The translations under genes and the position numbers were made by a program. Below the pieces are notes generated by a model. It was not told the origin of the DNA, searched no databases, and worked only from the letters and a program-made list of their open reading frames with translations. A stretch of 57,525 nucleotides of DNA. Origin: Mobula hypostoma. Its lineage: Eukaryota. Location: NCBI RefSeq assembly GCF_963921235.1, contig NC_086101.1, forward strand, positions 31,248,001-31,305,525, given 5' to 3'. Of the stretch, positions 47,501 to 57,525 are shown one piece after another. Each line of letters starts with the position of its first letter. Positions within the stretch are counted from its first letter, which is position 1.

Positions 47501-49349
47501 GTCTTATTAAATGGTAATCATGTTTTGAGCATGAAGAAATGAGTATTTAAGGAGCACCTGAAAGTGGTTCGGTGCTCAATCATAAGCCTACTAGTGATAT
47601 CATCTAGTGTTTGCTTTGAGCTCAGACCCAGTTTGATACCGTGTCTCGAACCTTGGTTTGGATAGCCCTTGGTCCAAACCATCCTCATCAAGGACTCTCG
47701 TCACACCAACAGGAAAGGCAGGTTACAATTGGATCCTGATGGCTTTGTGATCCTAAAGTTCTTTGGAAGTCAAGAATGAGGTGTAAAACTTGTAGTTAAT
47801 CATTGTTTGAAGAGTGTGTAAAAAAACAAGAAGAGAACAAAGAGAAGGCAAAGGGAAAATTGTTTTTTTTGTCTCACACTCAGAATAGATATTACATAAA
47901 ATTCCAGTGATAACCATTAACTAGAAAAAGAGTTAGATTCAAGCAGTGTGACACCTGCTGCTGCAAACGAAGTTTCTAGAGAAATACAGAAGCAGCTCTA
48001 CCATAATTACTGGAAAACTCACTGAGTAATAACACTATGTGGGTGATTCTGTAAAAATACAATCAAGCACAGGGAAGTTAAATTGCAAGAAAAGTAACAA
48101 TTTACACCCAATTGAATAGTACTGAGTCCTAAAGGAAGCAACAGGCCTGGAGGGAAGATGATGTGCAATTTCCAGAGCTCATACTGAACCTCACTGGAAC
48201 TGTGCAAAAGGGCAAAGATTGATAAATGCACTGGGGTATATACTTGCCCATCTTTGTTTCTGTATCGTTTTTCATTGATTCTATTGTATTTCTTGTGCGT
48301 ACTCTGAATGTCTGGAAGAAAATGAATCTCACAGTAGCATATGGTGAGACATACATACTTTGATGATAAATTTGCTTTAAACTCAGTTCCTGCAAAGATG
48401 ATGGAGGCAGATTCCCCCACCACAGTTAAACAGGACTGCAATGTGTACTCGAAGAGCCTGGAGATGCAGGGCTTCAAACCCACTGCCGTGTGATGTCAGT
48501 GCGTAGCTCTCGAGGCAGTGTGGATGAGCTGAATTACTTAAAGGGGACTTTCTATCATTCCTAGGAGATATCAAGCTGCCTTTCAGAGGATGAAAAGGAG
48601 ACTTTGATGAGAATATAAGAGGGAATACCAGGGTTTAAGACCAGGAAACTACCGGTATTATCTCCCTTGTTGGAAGAACTAAATCCAGGGATATGCAGGG
48701 AAGCTGAGATTGGGGGGAGTGCAGGTATCACAGTAGAGCGAAAGGGAGGGATGAGGCTGTGGGAAGGTCTGAAATGGGGGGGGGGGTGAGAAATTGAATC
48801 GAATCCAGTCAGGGCTGATGAGTGAACGGTACTCAGTGCTAGTCACTCACAGGTGCAGTGGAGTTTTGGATGACCGTGAGTTTACAACGAGGGAGGTTGT
48901 TGGACTGTACAGGCAACAGTAGCAAGGATGAGGGTTTCAATAGTAGATGGGCTGAGGTGGTGAGGACTCAGGCAACCTTAAGAGTGTGATATAGGTTGTG
49001 TCTGATGCTGTGGGGTTCAGAGGTGGAGTTGTACACCATGGAAACAGGCTGTTTGGGCCAACACATCCATAGTGAAAAGATAGTGGAGTCAGACTCCCCC
49101 ATTACATTTGCCAGTCCCATCTGCCCCCGTCCTCTTGGCATCTATCTCAGAACTTATCCAGCTGGCTTCTGCATCCTGAAAGCCAAACATAACATGCGCC
49201 AGTCCAAAGTATTTTTCTGAACTACTAAGGAAACTGCAATCCTGAGGACTAGGAATATTTCAGAATTCTGCGGTGAGATGACCAGGAAAGGGAAAGTTAG
49301 AAACAAAACAAGTCATTGTGAAACTTACAAGCCTAATATTTACAGATGT

Positions 49350-50125
49350 GTAAACATGAAATGGTTAGCTAAAGTTAACATCAGACAGCTTTGAGCAGCA
49401 GCCAAGCAGAGAAAAGAGGAGGTGCATAGCAGGTATAAGCAAGTAGGAACAAATGTGGAGCGTATGGAGTATAAGTGGTGCAAGAGAACACTTAAAAAAT
49501 AAATCAGGAAGGTAAAAGAAGGCATGAAGTTGCCCTAGCAGACAAGGTGAAGAGGAATCCTAAGGGATTCTACAGATACGTTAAGAGCAAAGGGATTGCA
49601 AGAGACAAAATTGGTCCTCTGGAAGACCAGAATGGTAATCCATGTGTGGAACCAAAGAGATGGGGAGATCTTAAACATATATACACACATCTGTATTTAC
49701 TCAGGGGACAGATACAGAGTCTTTAGAAGTGAGACCCTATACAGATTACAGAGGAGGTGTTTACTGTCCTGAGGCAAATCAGGGCAGATAAATCCCCAGG
49801 GCCTGAAAAGGTGTTCCCTCGGACCCTACAGGAGGCATCTGCAGAAATTGCCGGGATGCTAGCAGCAATATTTAAGTATCTTGAGCGACAGGAGAGGTAT
49901 CAGAGGATTGGAGGATAGCCAATGTTGTTCCACTGTTTAAGAAAGGCTCCAAACATAAATCAGTAAATTATAGGCTGACAAGTCTGATATCAGTAGTGGG
50001 AAAGTTATTGGAATGTATTCCAAAGGACTGGATATATGAGCGTTTGGATAGGTATGGATTGATTACGGATAGTCAGTGTGGCTTTTTGTGTGTTAGGGCA
50101 TGTCTACCAATTCAATGGAATTTTT
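49350..50125 (+). mobile_element. CR1 ORF2 fragment
   Basis: gataaatccccagggcctga and gaggattggaggatagccaatgttgttccactgtttaagaaagg (EDWRIANVVPLFKKG). Confidence 0.85.
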
Positions 50126-51299
50126 GAGTCGCTGAAGAGGGAGAGCACATTCTTCAACGTTGTAATTATCCTCCACTATTAATGAGAAATATACTGATAG
50201 TCTTTAGGAGTCTATAAATACTTGTCCTGGTAAAATTTCAGCACAGAATTTATTGTGAAAGCCCCTGATGTAAACATGTGATATTTCATGTACTCTACCT
50301 CTGTCCCTCTAATTCATGTTACATAATTCTAGGATTCCACAGGATCAAAACACATGGAATAAAAAGTCAAAGCCAACAGCAGAAGTATTTAACAGAGGAA
50401 AACATGAAGAATCGGGAAAAGCATATAAACCACATCTTACAAAGTGAAATGTGCTGCAGGGATATTTCTAACATTGAGAACCTTCTAAACCACCTCACCC
50501 TGAGCTTTATAAACAGGAACATACAGCAGAGACACATAAAATAGTGCTGGACCTTTACACACACCTCCTGTGTTATTGATTCCATGCTGGACACAAGAGT
50601 CTAGGATGGATATCCAGGCCGTGAACGGGACGGTTGGGGATTTACTGGAAAGACACCAAAAATAAAAGACACCAGCTATGTGGAATTATCAAAGATGATG
50701 TATTTTATCCTCCACACAACAAAGAACTAAGAGACTGATCAGTGTTCAGAACCATGAAAGGTTTGATGGAGCTGATAATTGTCTCCAGCAGCAGGAGTGC
50801 CTGTAAACCCTGGGGCAGTGTGGGGGGTTTACCAGAACAGCTGGTGGAAATGCAAAGGAAATAAAATTCACAGCAAACTGTTGTTGTCTGGAATTCATTG
50901 GCAGAAGATATGGAAGCAGAATCAGGAGTTACACCATTATGAAGAAGGTAATAGGAGCCTTTGAAATGGGGCATTTGTCAGAGACCCCCTCTGTCCTCAG
51001 TTTAATGAATACTGAGCCCAATATGATGATGAAATCTTCACCTGCTGTCTGTACCACTACATCCATTCCTTTGGCAGGAGCTCCATCCCAGACTGTGCAC
51101 CCTTTCTCCCAACTCCAGAATCCCCACCTTTTGGCCTTTCACACTCCCTCAATCTCTTCATTCCTCTCTGCTGATAAGACATTGATCAACCCGATTGTCA
51201 CTAGACAGTTAGAGACCTTTCTTCTCAGAGAGACGTCCCCTGCTCAGGTTCCAGTTTTGTAGTGGTCCAGTCCTGCAGAGCTCACCTGAAGCCAGAACC

Positions 51300-51660
51300 A
51301 GCCGACCAGACTCATCTGTCCCTTTTCACAATTTCACCATCAACAATGATGTCACAACAGATGAATCATCTTCACCTCTTCTTTGAAGGGATCATTCCCT
51401 TTGAAACTTCCTGGTCCAGGCTTCCATCCTCATCAACCATTTCACGTTGTGTAATACGTATCCATACAACAACATGAAGAACTACACATTTGTGTACACC
51501 TCTTCTCTTCCCACTATCTAGGGACTCAAACACTCTTTCCATCTGAAATACTTGCATTTCTTCCAATCTCGTGCATTTGGTTTCACAATGTGCCCTCTTC
51601 TACACTGAAGAAGCCAAACAGAGATTGGATGATCACTTTGAAAAGCATGTATATTCACAA
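51300..51660 (+). mobile_element. Penelope-like fragment, old
   Basis: ctctacactgaagaagccaaacagagattggatgatcactttg resembles LYIGETxxRLGDHF. Confidence 0.55.
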
Positions 51661-52289
51661 GAACGCACATGATCATGAGTAACTAGGAGAGGGAGTAGGT
51701 CATCAGGTCTACCGATCCTGAGTGATCCATGCTGATCTTCACTCCTCTTCAGGGACATTTCCCCACACCCACCTTTCCCTCCTCCTATCCAACCTTTATC
51801 CACATCCATTTTACGTAATTCAGTGATCCAACCTCCACCACCTGCTGAAATAGAAAATTCCTGAGTCTACTCCCTCTGAGAGAATAAATTTCTACCTAAC
51901 ATGGAGGGGCAACTGTGCTCCTTTTAATTCTCCAGCTGAAATGTTGACTGTACATTTTTCCATACATGCTGCCTGGCCTGCTGAGTTCCTCCAGCATTTT
52001 GTGTATTGCTTGGCTAAAATTACGAGTCTGTTAACTGCAGTCTCTGCTCAGTCAGGGGCATCAGACCTTATTGTCCACGTTAATGAGCTGCATGGTACAC
52101 GAAGACTCACCCAGAGCAGAGAGGGGCCGCTCCCTGTATAGGATAACGTTAAAATAGTGAGCATTACTTCTGTTTCAGGAAAACAGTTCGACTCTCCCTT
52201 GCTGTGTAGATGCAGGAAAGAACTCAACAGTGGGAGTTAAAGCTAAAATCCTACCTGTTAGACTTGTTATTTTCTCTTCTGGTGTTCCA

Positions 52290-52818
52290 TAAGAACATAA
52301 GAAATAGGAGCAGGAGTCGGCCATCTGGCCCATCAAGTCTGCTCCGCCATTCAATAAGAGCATGGCTGATCTGGCCATGGACTCATCTCCACCTACCTGC
52401 CTTTTCCCCATAACCCTTAATTCCCCTACTATCCAAAAGTCTATCCAACCTGGTCTTAAATATATTTACTGAGGTAGACTCCACTGCTTTACCGGGCAGA
52501 AAATTCTACAAACTCACTACTCTCTGGGAAAAGTAGTTTCTCCTCATCACCATCTTAAATCTACTCCCTCAAACCTTGAGGCCATGTCCCATAGTTCTAG
52601 TCTCACCTGCCAGTGGAAACAACTTTGCTGCCTCTATCTTATCTATCAGTTTCATAATTTTATATGTTTCTAGAAGATCTCTTATTCTTCTGAATTCCAG
52701 TGAGCACAGCCCCGTGTGACTCAATCTCTCCTCATAGTCTAACCCCCTTATCCCTAGAATCAACCTGGAGAACCTCCTCTGCACCGCCTGCAAAGCCAAT
52801 ATACCCTTCCTTAAGTAA
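52290..52818 (-). mobile_element. CR1 3' end
   Basis: LALQAVQRRFSRLILGIRGLDYEERL...SLEFRR; antisense tail cataagaacataagaa. Confidence 0.88.
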
Positions 52819-52959
52819 GCTGGGCAAGCATAATGAAAGAAACAACCGTAAAAGCTCCGGTAGGGAGGGGGTGGGGTGGTCTGCTTATCTGCCGTTTCCG
52901 TATTTGTTCCAACAACCAAGTATATTCTGTGTTTATGAAACAACTGCTCTGCATATCTC

Positions 52960-53381
52960 TGTCAGGATGCTGGAGCAGGGATCCAATCACAGACACAGTA
53001 TTGTGCACACGGTGATATCAATTGAGTAACAAATTCCGAGGTGCAAACAAAGTCAGCATCAAAGTTCAGGCAGAGATCAAAACATCCAGAGAAATCCAAA
53101 AACCAGAACCGGGAAACAGGCAGAGTCAATATTCAGACAGACAGAGTAGATACAAATGCTGGAAAGGCTCAGGAAAATTCACTGGCTCAACCTAGCAACA
53201 AAGAGGTGAAAATGCAGGACTGAAATACACTGAGCAATGAACAGACAGGCGGATGATAGGTGGAGCACAATGAGACACAGGTGGCAGCAATACAGGTAAT
53301 AATGAGAAACAGGTGAGAGATGGAGTACTCAGTAATACAGGGGCCGGAGTAGAGCAGGAGCGGGGACAGGAGCACATGGCA
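52960..53381 (-). mobile_element. LTR-like element related to 37225-38007, opposite orientation
   Basis: Its left end reverse-complements to gtgtctgtgattggatccctgctccagcatcctgaca, similar to the right end of the 37225 element. No clean TSD. Confidence 0.5.
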
Positions 53382-54699
53382 ATACAAAACTTCTCCTTCT
53401 TGGAGACTGAGTCTACAGGTTCGGGGGTTCACTTAGCGTCGACTGGCGAGTAACAGTGGTGTATTTTGTTGGCCGTGCGCACTGTGGCCTTTGCACGCGG
53501 GTGATGGGGTGAGCTTAAATGTTCCAGGTGGTTGATAGGTATTGAAGGAACCAGTTGCTTTTTCCAGTTTAGTATCAAATTTCCACAATCAGCCCAATAG
53601 AACCAGAAATAATTCCGACGGGGGAGATATATTTGTGTTATAGAGTTCTATTCAGTAATTCTACATGCACCATTGTTTCCAATGTTCATTGATTTGATAT
53701 TTTTTATTCTTCACCTTCCTCCCTGTTGGAAACATACAGCCTCTGACAGAACTGCATCTCTGGCTGCACAATCGTGTCAGTTTTCAATCGCAACAGGGTC
53801 GATTTCTGGCATTTTATTTGCATCTGTCTCGGGCCACATTCTGGGTGAATTTCCGACCGTGATCAGTCGGCAGGTTCAGCTGGGTCACTGTCTAGGATGA
53901 TCGCCATTTTCATGGTCTCAAATTGCAGCATAAGGACGAGGTCACCCCGCAGGTCCTTGCCTTCAGGATCCGTCTGGTCTCCCCATATTCTGACTACGAG
54001 GAATACCCTGTGCGTGGTTCAGACCTGTTTCCCGGGAGTGTAGATTCCTCAGGCAGTTCAATGCAGGCATGCACCCTGGGAGAGCCCCAGGCCGAGAGCC
54101 CCACACTGCTCAGTGTCGGGGACACCACACTTTGCACAGCAAATGCAGTTGGAAGCCTGAGGACTGATAGCCACATTACCTAAGAACTTAATTAGAAGGA
54201 ATGTGCTGTAGGGGCAGAGCATGCAGACTAAATTGGGGAAGTTCACATTTGGTGTTTTAGAAACAACTGCCTTAGTGGGGCTAGCTCTTACATTATCCCT
54301 ACCGAAATCCATGGTTTGTGTGAAGAGGTACCGAATACAGAGAGGACATTTGGAAGTCTCAGACGCCGGAGCAGGATTGTTAAAATGAGGCATGCAACTT
54401 TTGAGTCCTGTCTGGCCGGTGAAGAAATCGGACTGCAGCGGGAGGAGGACAGTTGATTTATCGCCAGTTAACTAAACTTGCCCGCCCGTTAACTGCTGCT
54501 GTCCTGGTCATGACTGAGGTAGACAAACCCGGTTTACGGATGGCTCCAGTCGCTGGAAAGCCGGTGCCCAGGGGGTGGGGAGTTGCTGGGCTGAGCCCAG
54601 TCACAGGAACAGTCCTGCAGCAACAGGAGAGGGTAGTTCCAGCCAGCTGGCTGAACTGGCAGTGGTCACATTGCCTTAGCACCATGAAACAAGTCAGCT

Positions 54700-56110
54700 A
54701 AAGAGATATTTAAATCATCCTTAGTGACTGGTGAGGGACTGGAGAATTGGAGGATTCTGATATTGTTTCGCTGTTTAAGAAAGGCTCTAAAAACAAACGA
54801 GGAAATTATAGGCCGGTGAGCCTGACTTCAGTAGTGGGAAAGTTATTGGAAGGTATTCTAAAGGACCGGATATATGAATATTTGGATACAGACAGACTGA
54901 TTAGGGATAGTGAGCATGGCTTTGTGTGTGGTAGATCGTGTCTAACCAATCTTAGAGTCTTTCGAGGAAGTTACCTGGAAAATTGATGACGGTAGGGCAG
55001 TGGACGTGGTCTACATGAACTTTAGCAAGGCATTTGACAAAGACTGGCATAGGAGGTTCATCAAGAAAGTTCAGCCGCTCGGCATTCAAGAAATTGTCTT
55101 TGTGGGAGAAACTAGAAGGCGGTAGCAGATGACTGCCTCTCTGAGCTGAGGCCTGTGAACAGTGGAGTGCAGCAGGAGTCGATGCGGTGTCCAATGTTGT
55201 TTGTTGTCTATATGATCTGGATGATAATGTGGTTAATTGGATCAGCAAATTTGAGGATGACATTAAGGTTGGAGGCATAGTGGACAGCGAGGAAGACTGT
55301 CAGAGTTTGTAGTGGGAACTGGGCCAACTAGAAGAAAATGGGCTGAAAAAATGGCAGATGGACTTTAGTACAGACAAGTGTGAGGTGTTGCACTTCTGTA
55401 GGACCAACCAGGGAGGTCTTACACAGTGAACGGCGTTACACTGGGGAAGGCAGTAGGACAAAGGGCTCTGGGAGTACAGGTCCATAATCTAATGGAAGTG
55501 GTGTCACAGATAGATAGGGTGGTAAAGAAGGCTTTTGTCACATTGGCTTTCACAAATTAAAGTACTGAGTACAAGAGATCAGATGTTAAAGAAGTTGGTG
55601 GGGCCTAATTTGGAGTATTGTGTGCAGTTTTGTTCACCTACCTACAGGAAATATGTAAATAAGGAGAAAATTTACAAGGCTGTTGCCAGGACTGGAGGCC
55701 CTGAATTATAAGCACAGATTGAATAGGTTAGTACTTCATTCCTTGGAACATAGAAGATTGAGATGAGATTTGCTAAAGATATACAAGTTATGAGGGGTAT
55801 AGATAAGGTAAATGCAAAGGCTTTTTCACTGAGGGTGACTGGGACTACAACTAGATGTCATGGGTTAAGGGTGAAAGGTGAAAAGTTTAAGAGAAACATG
55901 AGGGAAAAAGTCTTCACTCTGAGGATGGTGAGAGTGTGGTGCATGCGAGCTCGATTTCAACGTTTAAGGAAAGTTTAGAGAGGTACATGGGTAGTAGGGG
56001 TATGGAGGGCTATGTTCCCGATTGGATTATGCAGTTTAAAAGGTTCAGTATGGGCTAGATGGGCCAAATGGACTGTTTCTGTGCTGTACTTTTCTTTAGC
56101 TCTATGACTG
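54700..56110 (+). mobile_element. CR1 RT and 3' end
   Basis: GNYRPVSLTSVVGKLLE...SEHGFVCGRSCLTNL; 3' tail ctctatgact. Confidence 0.9.
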
Positions 56111-57300
56111 TATACACAGACTCTCGGGCAGATGCAAATGGAATGACTGTGTGGATGATAGGGTAGCTACAACAAAGCTGGCAGATAGAGGGAAAAGCCC
56201 CAGTGGGGCAGCCTCTCTGGATAAAGATCTGGGAAGCAGCCCATCAAATGAAGACCATTGTTATTCACGTAGATGCACAGCAGAAAGACTCATTTATGTC
56301 TACCACTTTTAATAATAAAGTGGACCAGTTAGTTTCATGTATGCAAGGTTCCATGCGATAGAACAATATGTACATAACATGGCTGGTCATTTGGGAGTGC
56401 ATGGTACGATCGAATGGCTAAGCAACTACTTGCTCCTGTAGATTTGACTAAAGAACACGCACAAAATGCTGGAGGAACTCAGCAGGCCAGGCAGCATCTA
56501 TGGAAAAACTTGGAGTCGACGTTTCGGGCCGAGACCCTTCGGAAGGACTCAGATGCTGCCGGGCCTGCTGAATACCTCCAGCGTTTTGTGTGTGTGCCTT
56601 GGATTTCCAGCATCTGCAGATTCTCTCCTGTTTGTGACATGACTAAAGAAGTTGCTACCGTGTGTGATATTTGTCAGCAGCTTAAAAGACAGTACTCCCC
56701 GAGAAGCTAACTGCCCATATTAAAAGTTGGGGGAAGGTGGGGAGGGGTGAAGCTGGCCCAGCCCAGATAGAGCAGATTGATGACATCGGGTCCCTGCCAT
56801 GGCAGCAGAGATGAAAATGTTTGCTTACCATGGTTTAACACCACATCGGGCCTGTTAAAGGCAATTCCTTGTACACAGTTGACCAGGATCACACATTGAA
56901 CAGATTGTAGAAATTAATTAGTTGTTATGGGGACCTTCAAGGGATACAGTTGGTTACTGGGTCTCATTTCTCGGCACAAGCTGTGAAAGACTGGGTTGCC
57001 AATAAAGGCATCAGGGCTGATCGAAGGAACGAATGGACTTTAAAAACAACAGGTTTGTTTATTGACACCTTACAGGGGTGGCTGACTGTACTCTCCCAAG
57101 CCTTGTCCACCCTGAACAACAGACCAAGGATCACCGATGACCAGGATGATACAGTGTACCCCGGGACCGGACCGGAGGAAACGGGCACTGAAGAAAGGGC
57201 TCCCACGGTAGGTGGGGAAAGTATGAGTGCACTTTCCAATTACTCCGGTTTGCAAGCGGGTAGCAAACGGAGCTGGTAACACATACTGGGTATCGGTACA
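56111..57300 (+). mobile_element. Endogenous retrovirus pol remnant (RNase H plus integrase), ERV-L/class III-like
   Basis: YTDSRADANGMTVWMIG*LQQSWQIEGK...LWIKIW...VIHVDAQQK...FNNKVDQL (RNase H); VHNMAGHLG...CDICQQ (HHCC); QIDDIGSLP; GSHFSAQAVKDW..NKGI. Contains stops and frameshifts. Confidence 0.8.
56456..56639. mobile_element. 184-bp palindromic Penelope-terminus-derived element with 11-bp TSD
   Basis: About 44-bp inverted arms (56456-56499 vs about 56551-56594) around a hammerhead-like spacer. TSD TGACTAAAGAA at 56445-56455 and 56640-56650. Confidence 0.85.
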
Positions 57301-57525
57301 AGGGAAAGACCGTCCGGTGAGTTTAAACAGGGAGAATTTTCCAAACAAGACTTAATTCAATCTTTGTAGACCAATAATAACAGATACTTTGTTTACTCCC
57401 AGGTGAAATAACAGCCCTGGAATTAATCCTTCCAACCGCATGGACCTTCCGCTGATTGGCAGTCACCGTCTGGAGGTGCCAGAAGAATATACTAAGACCG
57501 ATTATAGAAGCAGAAGACGTCCTCT

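Noticed and set aside
50333-50544. Exon-like open frame after ttctAG
   Set aside because: No recognisable domain, donor or partner exons.

Overview
Repeat-dense vertebrate genomic DNA. The mix of CR1, Rex1/Babar, Penelope, V-SINE and Tc1 elements suggests a cartilaginous fish, probably a ray (inference). One host gene can be rebuilt by hand on the + strand from nine GT-AG exons between 2860 and 27794, and the ORF track misses most of it. It encodes a Cys-less IgV domain, an IgC2 domain, FIVE transmembrane helices (one per phase-1/phase-1 exon) and a short tyrosine-free acidic tail, about 390 aa. The signal-peptide exon is not in the window. This joins a CD2/SLAM/CEACAM/HepaCAM-type two-Ig ectodomain to a CD47-type five-pass membrane domain, with a spare Cys pair placed like the CD47 long-range disulfide. 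It is the best candidate for an undescribed system here. The rest is mostly nested, decayed transposons: CR1, Rex1/Babar, Penelope (one copy with an intact hammerhead-ribozyme core), a Tc1 element, a Nimb/I-clade LINE with RNase H, several solo LTRs, SINEs, an ERV-L-like pol fragment and two minisatellites. Exon, TSD and ribozyme coordinates were counted by hand; other repeat boundaries are approximate. No database searches were run.
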